NCBI RefSeq assembly: GCF_006345805.1
Contig: NW_021835724.1
Coordinates: forward strand, 1-39,151
Length of the DNA stretch: 39,151 nt
Source: Octopus sinensis
Taxonomy: Eukaryota
Reading direction: 5' to 3'
The notes beneath the pieces are model-generated. The model saw only the letters and a list, made by a program, of their open reading frames with translations, had not been told where the DNA came from and did no database searches. Shown one piece after another: positions 10,713 through 23,280 of this stretch; positions within the stretch are counted from its first letter, which is position 1, and every line of letters starts with the position of its first letter. Made by a program: the position numbers and the translations under genes.

Positions 10713-11597
10713 ATACAAAATTATAAAATGGTTACGGTTCAGTGCCTTTTATCATTCATTGAGCTGCTCGAAGAGAGCGGATATGGAGCTAAACAACAAT
10801 AAAAAACAACACTGTAAACAGTAGAAGAGCTCGGGGGATTATGCAGTTTGGGGTGAGAAATATTAAGCAACGTGTTGAAAGTAAGGTTGTAAAAAATAAT
10901 ATATGTATTTTATGATTTCAGTAGTCTCAACTAGTTCGTCAGGGGAAGACAGCCTGCATCAGTAATCTTTCTATAGGGTCCGTGAGACTGGTGCCAAGTG
11001 AGAAGAAACCACAAATCACATGGTATTGTCACTTTGCCGATCTCGAATGAGAGGTTCTCTTTCACAGCTTTTGTGCACCAAATTCACATAAATATCTGAA
11101 ATTGACTTTAGGCCATCAGAGAAGTTAATTATGTTATGTTGTGGGATTGAAACCAGGGACCATATGGTCACGAAGCAAACATCTTACCTACTTGACTATA
11201 CCTGATGCCTTCTGACATACACAATCATGAACACCTAAGAAGCTATATAACCTTTATGCCTAACAGTTAGTTATAAGCAGTTGTACGTGGGAGAGTTTCA
11301 ATGAAAGTGGTGGCGAGGTAAAATCAAACTGAAAATTTCCCCAATGTCATGAATATCAAAAAAAAAAAAATATTTTGTAGTTTTTTCAACAACTTCGATA
11401 TGCTTAAATCACCATTCAAATGCAATTAACAAATCAGTAACGTGAAATAAGTTTTAAATATGATGAATTGCATTACAATATATTCAACGTACTAATATAA
11501 ATTTTATATCTTTGAACAAAATTTAAGAATCGTTTAAATGTTGTATAAATGTTTAATAGTTTAAAAGTTATATATAATATGATATATGTAATAGAGA

Positions 11598-11647
<50 letters not shown>

Positions 11648-11650
<3 letters not shown>

Positions 11651-12204
11651 GCCCTGATGCAGTACCAGGCAGTGGCTCTCATGGCTTCTCATCTTAACTG
11701 ATTGGAAGTGTTATCATGTACATTGTTTTGTCTTGGTATAAAAGATGGGCTACAGCAAATATTCTGCTCAATACCACAGATTTGCTTGTCAGTTGTTTGA
11801 CTTTAACCAGTTGAGCATGTCCCTTAGTGGCTGACAATATGTGCATCTCTGATCACGAGCAGAAGTAGTGGGGGAGCATCATAGCCATGTGTTGAGAGGG
11901 ATTCTTTGGAGTTTGAATAGTTCACCTCTGGAAACATGGGTGGCTCTTTCAACATCCTTAAACAACCCTTATTCAGGGACCATTTGAGCGGGATGGGCTA
12001 CTCAACCTGAAGAAAATTCTAACTGGGCCCCACCTGCAAGGTCATGTGCTGTTTATCTTGATATGAGATCACCATGTCGCGCACATATGGTTGTGATGCA
12101 TGTGCCCGGTGTACCTTTATCAGACGGGTAGTCATGATGGGTATATTGGGCTTCGTATATTTTACCCCAGTGTCACTTTGATGGCATGCTCTGCTCGCTC
12201 ACTC
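11648..12204 (+). mobile_element. About 560-bp non-coding interspersed element flanked by (AAT)n on both sides
   Basis: A second copy lies at 2625-3049. It starts tgccctgatgcagtacc and ends gctcactc+(AAT)n. No convincing ORF or B-box. Confidence 0.8.
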
Positions 12205-12235
<31 letters not shown>

Positions 12236-12261
12236 TAATAATAATAATAATCGTTTGTATT

Positions 12262-12869
12262 ATAGGCACAAGGCCTGAAATTTGAGGGAAGGGGATAGTC
12301 GATTTCACTGGTACTGAATTTATCGACCCCGAAAGGATGAAAGGCAAAGCCAACCTCTGCAGAATTTGAACTTAGAACGTTGAGGCGGACGAAATACTGC
12401 TAAGTATTTCGCCCGGCGTGCTAACGATTCTGCCAGCTCGCTGCCTTCGCCGCCATAATAATGACAATAAAAATCCTTTCAACTGGAGGCACAAGGCCTC
12501 AGATTTGTGGGAAGAGAGCTAGTCGATTACATCACCCCAGTGTTTCACTGATACTTAATTTATCGACCCCGAAAGAGTGAAAGACGAAGTCGATCTCGGC
12601 GGAGTTTGAACTCAGAACGTAACAAAGGGAAAGATACCTATTTCTTTACTACCCACAAGGGGCTAAACACAGAGAGGACAAACAAAGACAGACAAACGGG
12701 TTAAGTCGATTATATTGACCCCAGTGCGTAACTGGTACTTAATTTATCGACCCCGAAAAGATGAAAGGCAAAGTCAACCTGGGCGGAATTTGAACTTAGA
12801 ACGTAACGGCAGACGAAATACGGCTACGCATTTCGCCCGGCGTGCTAACGTTTCTGCCAGCTCGCCGCG
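12262..12869 (-). mobile_element. Three head-to-tail SINE family B copies
   Basis: ttatcgaccccgaaa...gaaaggcaaag..acct.ggcggaatttgaac..agaacg is repeated at about 12262-12453, 12488-12625 and 12636-12869. Confidence 0.9.
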
Positions 12870-12887
12870 TTAATAATAATAATAATA

Positions 12888-12932
<45 letters not shown>

Positions 12933-12962
12933 GAACAACAACAACAACAATAACAGACAGAC

Positions 12963-15900
12963 ATTAAGTGTGAGGGCTTACATATAAGGGAATGTTAAAA
13001 TAAAAAGTATTCACGGTATACATTAGAAGAAGGGAGTATACATAGTATATGACACTAGAAAAAGAGGGATAGAAGAGATTGTGATGGGGGATCCCCTGAT
13101 TCAGGAGGACCCGAAAGTCCTCCGCAATAGACTTGCCAGTTCCTCTTCGTCGACGCCTATAGTCTCCCTGAGGACGTCGTCGCACTTCGCTGCTACTAAT
13201 CCTCTGTAGTGGAATATCCACCGATCCTGTTGCCCGACTTGTAGAAGACAGTGAACGCCTAACGACATTCAAAATGCAAGGCGCCCAGTCTCGGCTTATC
13301 CTTTACCAAGACTGCACCTCCGTCAAGGAGACGAGCTGCGGAAAGGCGTGTCTCACAAACGGAGTCCACACACGTTCACCTTCTACAAATCGCTGCAGGT
13401 GATGCAACCCGAGTGCGTGTCTGCGTATTAAAATCCATAGCATACCCAAGCCGCCATGCAAAGGAAGTTCGCAGCAGACTGACCGCCTGACTATTGGAAC
13501 GCGTCCTTTCTACAAGAAAATAAACAGGATACGTTCTAATCTAAGCAAGCAGTAAATGGGGCAAGGCACAACGGTCAGGCGATAGATAATGACAGAAGCG
13601 ATGTAGGCATTCGCCACCTCTGTTCGACCTTTCAGAAACGATTTCCTCTCTGCCCATTTCTGGGTAAGAAAGGTCGTCCTGTTCGTCACCTCTTCCCAGT
13701 TCTTATCCACCTGGAAGTCGAGACCAAACCAGATACCAAGCAGTTTCACTGGTCCGTCAGTCCAGCGTCTGACGACGCCGTCTGGCGGCATAGATCTGCC
13801 TCTCCAGGTGCCCATTCGCAATCCCATCGACTTGTCGGCATTGATTTTAGGCCCTGCAACAGACTCATATTCCTTTACAATGGAGCCAACCGTCTCCACT
13901 TCGGAGGCGTCCCACACCATGACGTTGAAGTCATCCGCGTATGCAGACACTGCCCTCCCGAGTCCAATTTCGAAATGGAAGCCTCTTAACTGCTCCACCT
14001 TCCGCAGAAGTGGTTTTAGAACCAGCATACACAGAAGAGGTGACAACGGGCAGCCCTGACGGACCGAACGTGCGATACTAAACGGTTAGGTGGTCATTTA
14101 CTTTGACCACCGAGCAGATGCCACTCTGCATTGCAGCAATCCAGCCTCTGAAAGCAGGTCCAAAATCGGCCGCTTTAAGGACGGCTTCCAAGTGGCGAAG
14201 GTCTACACTATCGAAAGCTTTCGAATGATCTAAATTGATCAAAGCCCCACCGAAGCCAGCCTACGATGTATCGCTTAAGGTGGAGGTTGTCGTGAAAATG
14301 GGGAGGTTATTCACCTTGGTTTTCGAGAAAACCGGAAGTTCCGGGCTTCTCTACTGGCGAAAACTTTTTAAAAGGCCCTTCCAACAGCCTTTTATCAATA
14401 GATTTTTTTTTAATCCCCACACTTACCGGGAATTTTCTGTCATAGTTTTATAAACGTCTGACGACGTTTTAATTAAGAGTCGATGGTGGGTGTATGTGGC
14501 GAGGATGGGTTCGAGGATACAATCCTCAAATTCCTTTCCCTCTGTCTCTATACTATACTCTTTTACTCTTTTACTTGTTTCAGTCATTTGACTGCGGCCA
14601 TGCTGGAGCACCGCCTTTAGTCGAGCAAATCGACCCCGGGACTTATTCTTTGTAAGTCCAGTACTTATTCTATCGGTTTCTTTTGCCGAACCGCTAAGTG
14701 ATGGGGACGTAAACACGCCGCCATCGGTTGTCAAGCAATGCTAGGGGGGGCAAACACAGACACACAAACATATACACATATATACATATATATATACATA
14801 TATACGACAGGCTTCTTTCAGTTTCCGTCTACCAAATCCACTCACAAGGCTTTGGTCGGCCCGAAGCTATAGTAGAAGACACTTGCCCAAGGTGCCACGC
14901 AGTGGGACTGAACCCGGAACCATGTGGTTGGTAGACAGGCTACTTACCACACAGCCACTCCTGCGCCTATATTTATTTTGATTTACTAAATCCATCAATT
15001 CCCTGTTACACTTGTTCACAACAGTGAAATTGATGGATACAGTTCGTCTACAGTCTGATGAATATTTTTGAAGTTCTGTAATCGGTTGTTTCTCAGTTTC
15101 TCTAATTTCATGATTTTGTTGATGATGTTGCTGTTTTTGAAGTTGTTGATCTTGTTCTTGCTGTTTTTGTTGGAGTGGCTGGGAATTGTGTTGCAGTTGT
15201 GGTTTCAGAATAAGTTTTTGTTGATTTCTTGGAGGAGTAGGGCTTTGTACTTTCCTCCTCTTTCGCCTACCCGCTTTTGTCACTGTGATTCAGTGATCGT
15301 TCAGCTCTTCCTTCTCCATGTCATTGCAGTTGATATTGGTTTGGGAGGAAGAGCATTCAGGAGAAATTTGCTTTTCCGTGGCAACCGGGGGTAGACTCCT
15401 GTGGGAGAAGGTGTTGGTGTCTTGTGCACTTGTTTATGATTTAGCACTTGTGGTACTTGTAATGTTCGCTGCGGTGAGACTTCATTTTTCTTAGTTTCAG
15501 GGCAAGAAACCTTTAAGTGTTTTACAGATCTACATTTATGGCGTCTTGGTTTTATTCTCTCCGCGAACACTGACAGGCGAGTGCCATCCGGGAGATCGAT
15601 TAGATCGGGCAGCTGGTCTATATGGTCCTGCTTGCATTGCAAGGTCAGTTCCATACCTATACCTGACCAGTTTTGCTCAGGTAGTTTCTGCACCTCCCGT
15701 ATTGAGACTTCGTCTTCTTCTCAACCTGCCAAGACGGCCGCCACTAACCAGGTAATGGATATTTCTGGCGGCACACTCAGCACCCTAATCTTGGTAAGAC
15801 GTTGGCCGCGATAGCCGGGGATTAAGAAGTTGTCATTCTTCAAAGTGGCTGCGGAATTACATCTAGCTTCTTCTTTCGTCCCAAATCTCACCTCAATGGT

Positions 15901-16445
15901 CCCAAACTTCTTTCCTCAGGTGATGTGGGACTTTGCTCCCACACGCGTCCAAGGCATTTTTGTAATTCACTCTCGGGAGCATTTTCCACCCGCCGAGACT
16001 TAACCCCGATGCAATGGTATGTGACCGTGCATCTTGCGGTATTTTCTATCACGTCCGATGGAGGGTTTAGAGCTACCCTTCTCCCATCTCTTTTTACAAT
16101 TTTTCGAACAAATTTTAACTCTTCTGCATCTATGTGTAAGCACTCCATATGTTTCGCTGCTGGCGCAAAAGAAACAGGGGCGATATTTGCATTTTTATGT
16201 CTTATTTCTTTCGTATTGTTGTTGCTGTTATTATTATTAGTGTTATTGTTGTTGCTGCTGCTGCTGCTGTCATTGCTGTTGCTGTTGTTGGTCTCTATGT
16301 AGACACCTAAAATTTTGATGTTGCTTAGAGGCGAAACATTTTTCGCTCCGGTGACGTCATTAAGTTTAGGCCAATCGATGTTAATATTCTCATTTCTTTC
16401 TTTGTTCTCAAAATTTCTCAAGGGGCGCGTTCTTTTATCAGCCAT
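12963..16445 (-). mobile_element. L1/Tx1-like LINE copy 1: ORF1 plus central and C-terminal RT; endonuclease and RT N-terminus deleted
   Basis: ORF1 runs from MADK (16445) to LENQGE* (14307) with a degenerate knuckle (HKCRSVKHLKVSC). It is followed directly by RYIV, GGALINLD.SKAFD, SVRQGCPLSPLL, AYADD, LLGIWFG and W.ERK..LKGR. Confidence 0.85.
14556..14967 (-). mobile_element. tRNA-derived SINE family A, full length, inserted in ORF1 of the L1-like element
   Basis: Head ggcgcaggagtggctgtgtggtaag...ggttccgggttcagtcccactg, internal (TA/CA)n, and 3' tail (AAAAGAGT)n. Confidence 0.9.
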
Positions 16446-16712
16446 CTTTAAAAATTGCAGAAAACTGCGAAATATTTGTTTTTGCTGAAAGCAGTTAAAA
16501 TTCCAAAAAATATTTATGCGCATCCCCCTGCAAAACAGGGGGTTGTTTCTACACAAAAACACTATCTGCACAATCCAGACAATCTCCGAAATATAAAGGT
16601 AACAACAGAAATGAAAAGACAGGGCCTTAGAAGGCCGAAAAGATTACAAATACGTTTTCAACTTACGGACCACCAAATGTCTGTGACTTCACAGCATGGA
16701 GACCATAATAGT

Positions 16713-16766
<54 letters not shown>

Positions 16767-16770
16767 AATA

Positions 16771-16844
<74 letters not shown>

Positions 16845-16859
16845 AATAATAATAAGATA

Positions 16860-16906
<47 letters not shown>
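16713..16906. repeat. (AAT)n/(GAT) microsatellite
   Basis: Direct reading. Confidence 0.95.
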
Positions 16907-16912
<6 letters not shown>

Positions 16913-17388
16913 CAAGAAAGCAACCACCATACTCTGGGATATGCCGATACACACAGATAGAGAAATTAAGGCCAACAGACCAGATATAGTTGTCAGAGAT
17001 CATGAAGAAAAAAAAATGCTTTCTAATTGATGTATCAATACCGGCAGATGACAACGTGTCTCTAAAAGAAATGGAGAAACTCTCAAAATACAAAGACCTG
17101 GAAATAGAGGTAACTAGAATGTGGAACCTGAAAACAGAAACAATTCCTATCATAGTAGGTGCATTAGGCATGATAAAAAAATATTCAGACAAATACATAA
17201 CAAAAACACCAGGACTTACAAACACATATAACATACAGAAAATTGCACTACTAGGCACTGCACACATCCTACGCAGAACACTTTCCATACAATAACCATC
17301 AGAGCATCACAACAAATCACAGCACATACCCAGGCACACAGAGCTGCGCTCGGTAGTGAAGTGAAAGCACGCTATAAAAATAAAACTA

Positions 17389-17391
<3 letters not shown>
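16907..17391 (+). mobile_element. R4/Dong 3'-end fragment (restriction-like endonuclease plus 3' UTR) between two (AAT)n tracts
   Basis: TILWDMPIHTDREIKANRPDIVVRDH / CFLIDVSIPADDNVSLKEMEKLSKYKDLEIE..GALG..GTAHILRRTLSIQ*. There is a +1 frameshift in an A9 run. The element ends aaactactg+(AAT)n. Confidence 0.9.
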
Positions 17392-17447
<56 letters not shown>

Positions 17448-17844
17448 GAAAAGAAGAAGAAGAAGAAGAAGAAGAAGAAGAAGAAGAAGAAGAAGAATAA
17501 CAACAACAACAGCAACAACAATGTTATAATGTGGATCCTCGTCCACATGAATGTTGTCGGCAATGTAATATTCTTGTCGCCACTGATAGATGTTGTGGCG
17601 GTATTCTGCGTCTCGTCTTTGACTCGTCAGTCGTACTATCACTGATAGCTCCGCAAGGCAACGGCTTTGTAACGTCTACCTTGGCAGTAACTCGAACTCG
17701 TGTATATCACGTAACTGACCCTGACTCCTACTGAGAACTCGTACAACGACTCTACTACTACTGGCTTCCTACAATTGACTGACTTTATATCGGCTTTATC
17801 ACGTGGAAAAGTGTGTACCATTTTCACCGTAACAAATAATGATA

Positions 17845-20785
17845 GCAATAATGTTTTCTTTATTAACCACTAAGAGTTCACAAAATCACTGGGAACGGTA
17901 CAAAACAATACAATGTGGGATTACATAAAACGAAGCGTACAAGCAGTGAAAACGATAGCAAAATAAGTTTAAACAACGAAAAATTTCCCGAAAAGAGAGA
18001 GGCTACCTATGGTTGTCCGTGGAAACTCCACAAAACCACGGAGACCCTGATCACTAGTGCAAATGTCCTCTCTCCATCGTCTATAGGAACATGGTTAGAG
18101 CAGGCCCATTCACTCGGGCCATTCTTGTCACATTCATCCACCTTTCAAAAATATATCGGGGTGTTAGTACTTTCCCCTCTACTCTCACTTTCTTTTTCAC
18201 TGCCTACTCTTTACGACTCAAGGAAGGCGGCGGGACGATCTTCACAATGGACTCAGCCAATAGCCGGATCCGTCTTACACGTGACAGCAAGTACTCGACA
18301 TAAACCCACAAATCAGCAATACTCGAGCACTGGGCGAGAGCGCGCAGAACAGTTTCGTCGTTCTGCGCGCATCTCGGGCAAGTCCAGATGACGGCATCTC
18401 CATGCCTGTAGAGTTTATCCCGAACCGGTAATGCCCCCACTCCCACTGGTAGCACTGCCAGGACAAAGATTTCTGGAAATTATTCATAACCACGGCCTGA
18501 AAATCCTCCGAAACAAATCAGCCAGATGCTTCTCGTCGGCGTCCAGACTCTTCCGAGAATGTCATCGCAACTTGCCTGCCACTAATGCTCTATGGAATGT
18601 CAAAGTGGAAATTCCACTGACCGCATTGCCCAACTGACAGAGGATTGTGAACGCTGTACGACACTGTAGGTGCCAGGTGCCATGCCTCGGTCTACGTTTG
18701 ATCCAGGACTGCAGATCAGCCAAAGAAACGTGCTGTGGAAGAGTGGGTTTGACAAACGGCAATCACACCAGCTCGCCGTCAAGGAAGCACTGGAAATGTA
18801 GCCTCAGCGCATGTCTGCACATCAGCAGCCACAGCATACCCAAGGCGACCCCAGGCCACACATTTATACTGCCTAATCTGAACAAGGTCATATTAGATAA
18901 TGAAATAAACGGAGAAGAGGAAAAAGCTACTTACTTTAGTGTTGTGAGGGACAGGGGATTGGTGTCCTGTTCCTCTGGTTAGATGTGGGCGTTTCCATAA
19001 GCGGTTCTTTGTAAAGTCTTTTGTATAATTTATTTTGTAAAATTTCCCACCCCGTCAATGCATTTATTTTTGAATGCGTTGTATGTGTTTTGGGTTATTT
19101 GTATGATTTTATGTGTAGATATGTTGGTATTCGGTGTGATGAAATTGCTCTGAAAGATGTCTGTATAATTGTGTATGTATTCCATTCGTACTTTGATGGT
19201 TGTGCTAATGGCAGTGTAATGTTCGTGTTGGGATTTGTGATGAAACTGCTTGTTCCAGTCCCTCACTAATACTAAAGTGCGAGACGTTCCCAGCATCGTT
19301 CCTAGACACCTGCAGGAGTATCCCCTGTCCTGGGGTTACCAGCCTAAAGGCGTCACATTCACTGTTGTTCACGCCCCGGAACTCACCTTACCGTCTGGGT
19401 CCAACAAGATTGTCTGTACTTGGAGATATAAGGATTTCCAGAAAAGCACTGTTACCCCGCCACCCGATCCTGTCAGTCCACGAGGTAAGAATATCTTGAG
19501 TCGTCGAAAATATCACCTACTGGTGCGTTCCAGAAAAACTTGTCTCGGTAAAGACAGCAACATGTATATGTCAAACGATCTGACACCGTTGAGCAAGCTG
19601 ACCCAAGCCACTCACATTCACACACCTCGCTTTAGTTCAGTCATGCTAGTCAAAGAAAGAAAAGGGGAAATTACTCACCTTCATTTTCGAGAAGCCCAGA
19701 TGCTACGATCCTCTCTTCATGTGAATATTTTCCAAAAAGTACTTCTATACTCTTTTTTAAAATGTCCTCATTCGCTGGGATTCTGCCCCCGCCACGAATT
19801 GTTTTATAAATGCTAGAAGATGTTTTTATTAACATCCATCAAGTCAGTGTTGTTTTTGTTTACAATTTTATAATTGATGGGGAGTGCTTCAGTACAGTTT
19901 GGGATATTTTGTTGTTGCAGTTTTTGTTCTGGTTGTTGTATTTTATGCTTTGTTGTTTTTGAAGCTGTAGTTATTATTAATTTTGTTGTTATTGTTGTTG
20001 CAGTGGTTATGAATTGGACTTTTGCTGTGCTCTTAGGGTGGGGCTTCGTACTCTTGTCCTCTTTCACCTGCTTCCTTTGGCGAATGGTTGCTATGTTTCG
20101 GCCCATACTTCTTTCCCCCATGTCATTGCTGTCGTTGTTGGTTTTGGGAGCTGGGCATTTAGGAAAAGTTTACTCTTCAGTGGGAGCCGAGTGCAAACTT
20201 ATCCGTTGTCTTGTTTCAGGTGCAGATGTTGGAATCTTCCGCTCTTCTACTTGATTCTGTGTTTGTGGTGTTGGCAGCAGGCAGGATATCTTCTTTATCC
20301 AAGCGCAGAAAACCTTGAAGTACGTCATAGATCCACATATGTGGCATCTTGGCTTTCTCCTCTCAAATGTCACTAACATCCGGGAAGTCGATCGGGTCAG
20401 GTACTTCGTTAATGATTTTTGGTTGGCTTGTATGGTCAGTTCCATACCTATTCATGACCATTTTATTGAGATATTTTCTTTACCTCCAGGACGGTCACAC
20501 TTTCTGCCATACATGCCAAGATGGCCGCCGCCAATCTGGTGGTTGATATTTCTGGAGGCACGTTTATCACCCTAACTTTTGCAATAACTGAAGTTTAAGC
20601 AGACTTCTTCATTCTTCAATGTCATCGTGGAATAAAACCCAGCCCCTGCTTCTGTCCCAAATAGCTCTTCAACCGTGTCAAACTTCTTTCCTTAAATGAT
20701 ATGAGTCTTCTGTAGCTACATGCCTCCAAAGCATTTTTGAACCTGGCCTTCTGTAGATTTATGGAGCTCCAAGTTACCATGACGT
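17845..20785 (-). mobile_element. L1/Tx1-like LINE copy 2: partial ORF1, APE N-terminus, post-RT and C-terminal cysteine region, 3' UTR; RT core missing
   Basis: ORF1 has KPRCHICGSMTYFKVFC and ends LENEGE* at 19671. APE motifs VNVSGLG, DIHVAVFTET and LVLVRDWN lie at 19644-19250. The C-terminus reads LPVRDKLYRHG..CPRCAQNDETV. AATAAA lies near 17860. Confidence 0.85.
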
Positions 20786-21174
20786 CACAATATGGCGGCA
20801 ATAATGGTAATAAAATTCAAGTGACAAATATGGAAAATGATTTTACAGTAATGTGCAAATTTATTAAAGAATATATATATTCATTAATATAATACTATAA
20901 ACATCAATTCATAATACCTGGTCTCAGAGACGGTTATTAACAGTTAGTTAAGCTTATAGATTTCAGGTGATCAGTGACGTCATGTTTTTCTCAAGGCAAT
21001 AAGTGCTCCAAGGAAAATGAAATGGAATGGTCCAGAACAGCAATTTTTTTTCCCAACCATAACTGGAAATATGAATGATTGAATTAATATGAAAACATGT
21101 AATATGAAAATTGAATGATGTAGATCAGGATGGAAAAAATCATTGAAATTAGAGAAACCTTGATTGTATTTAAA

Positions 21175-21570
21175 ATACAGCTTATGGTTATAAAGATACA
21201 GTTTATAGTTATAAGGATACTGTTTATAGTTATATAATTATAGCGTATGGTTGTATAAATATAGCTCATGGTTAAACAAATATAACTTATGGATATATAA
21301 ATATAACTTAAGGTTATGTAAATATAGTTTATGGATATGTAAATATAGCTTATGGTTATGTAAATATAGTTTATTGTTTTATAAATATAACATAAGAATT
21401 ATATAAATATAGCTTTTGATTATACAAATATAGCAATTGATTATACAAATATAGTTATTGGTTTTATAAATATAACCTGTGGTTATGTAAATACTGCTTA
21501 TGTTTATATAAATATAGATACTTATAAATATAGATAATTATAAGTTAGAGTTATATAAATATAGCTTACG
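21175..21570. repeat. Degenerate 21-bp AT-rich minisatellite, about 19 units
   Basis: Consensus is approximately ggttatataaatatagcttat, recurring with a 21-bp period. Confidence 0.85.
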
Positions 21571-21979
21571 GTCAACCCTCTCAGCAGTTCCGATACTGGC
21601 CTCCCAATATATGTTCCCTGTTAAAATCGAACTTCTCAGCTTATCAAGTCGGTTTCTAAATAATTCGCACAACAAGTTTACGTCGTGGTTTCTATACAAA
21701 AACTTTGACTTTCTATAGAAAAGTATATTATCATTTTATGGTATTTGTCACATCACATTCCGCTCTGAGTTCAAGCCCCACCAAGGCCTTCTTAGGTGAC
21801 AGAATTAATTCTCGGCCAGTTTAACACGTCTACTCAACATCTTGATTGCTTCAAGTAGAGTCCGGACCAGGTCTTTAGTGTTAAGGTATATTCTCCTCTC
21901 CCTTCTACTAGTTTCGGAGAACGTATAAAGAATTTTAAGCATTGCCCTCACTGACTAAAAGATAAAGAGAATGTGTGTA

Positions 21980-22041
<62 letters not shown>

Positions 22042-22459
22042 CTGTGTGTGTGTCTGTGTGTGTTATTTTCGAGAAGCAAAAAGTTAATATTAATGAAAAT
22101 TTAAATTATGATGAATCGTATCATTCTTTAAACCCTAAGTCGGCTTTGGTTGAGCATCTTCGAAACATGGCCACCCTCCCGTCTATATTTATAGTGTAAG
22201 CATTTTTTTTTAGGAGATACTGTTACTATTTCCAGCAATTCAAACGATGTTGGGGTGTCTCCCTTTTTCATTAGTTCAGTCGTGTTTTCATATTTCATTA
22301 AACGAATATAAACCAATTGCGTTTCATAAGGAGCGATTATTAAGAATTTATGAAGCAATCGACTTAACTTAAACAACTAGAATACTCTTTTATTTTTCGT
22401 ATTCTTTGTTCCTCTCTCTTCTGTCTGCTTACTCTTCCCCAAAGTCTACACTAGTCTAA

Positions 22460-23280
22460 CGTATCTAGTTTGACTTCCTAAACTAAATTAACATGTTTAG
22501 TGGCTTGATCTTCCATATTAAACAAACATATCTAACGGTTTGACTTTCTGTACAAAACGAACTTGACGAGAAATTTGACGTTCTAAACTAAGATGCCTAA
22601 CTTTCCATACTAAACGAACACATCTACTAGTTTTCCCCTCTACAGTAAACTAACATGTCTACTAGTTTTATCTTCTATACTAACCTGTGTAATGATTTGA
22701 TCTTCCATGCAAAACAAATATATCTATTAGTTTCACCTTCCGCATTAAACTAACATAACTAGTAATTTGATCTTCCATACTAAACCATCTATAATGGTTT
22801 GACCTTCCATACATAACTAACATATCTAGTCGTTTGATCTTCCATAGTAAAATAATATGTATAATGATTTATCCTTTCATACTAAACTAACATATCTAGC
22901 AATTTGGCTTTCCATACTAAACTAAAATGTATAATGGTTTGACCTTCTATACTAAACTAACATATCTTATAATTTGACCTTTCATATTAAACTAACAATT
23001 ATAATGGTTTGACCTTCCATACTGAATTAGTATATATATTTATCTGGCCTTCCATACTAAACTAACATGTCTAGTATTTTGACCTTTCGTGCTAAATATA
23101 TGTATACAGGTTTGACCCTCTATATTAAACTAATATGTATAAAGGTTTGACCTTCCATACTAAACAAACATGTATAACGGTTTGGGTCTTCCATACTAAA
23201 CTGGCGTATCTAGTAGCTTGACCTTTCATGCTAAACTAACACGTCTAATGGTTTGACCTTCCATACTAAACTAACATGTC
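22460..23280. repeat. Degenerate 35-bp minisatellite, about 23 units
   Basis: Consensus is approximately tttgaccttccatactaaactaacatgt(c/a)ta(g/a)tgg. There are no unique spacers. Confidence 0.9.

Noticed and set aside
10910-10950. Hammerhead-like CTGACGA-actagttgagactact-GAAA on the minus strand
   Set aside because: Core words and a weak stem II are present, but no stem I partner for CTTCCC and no convincing stem III or NUH follow.
11648-11740. HDV-like ribozyme at the 5' end of the (AAT)n-flanked element
   Set aside because: I could not identify the P1/P2/P3/P1.1 pairings by eye. A descriptor search is needed before any claim.
15050-15070. CTGATGA or CTGAAGA words here and at 12005, 33692, 33896, 37733 and 38785
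   Set aside because: No hairpin followed by GAAA at suitable spacing. Most lie in TE coding or SINE sequence.
16350-16360. CRE-like TGACGTCA sites here and at about 20780 and 20976
   Set aside because: Short motifs within or beside decayed LINE sequence, with no independent support for a regulatory role.
17590-17665. Hammerhead-like CTGACGA-GTCaaaGAC-GAGA on the minus strand
   Set aside because: A14 is G, a type III reading needs U16.1 changed to G and four extra bases before C3, and a type I reading has no stem I.
22460-23280. CRISPR-like array (35-bp repeats)
   Set aside because: Units are contiguous and degenerate with no unique spacers. There are no cas genes and the context is eukaryotic.
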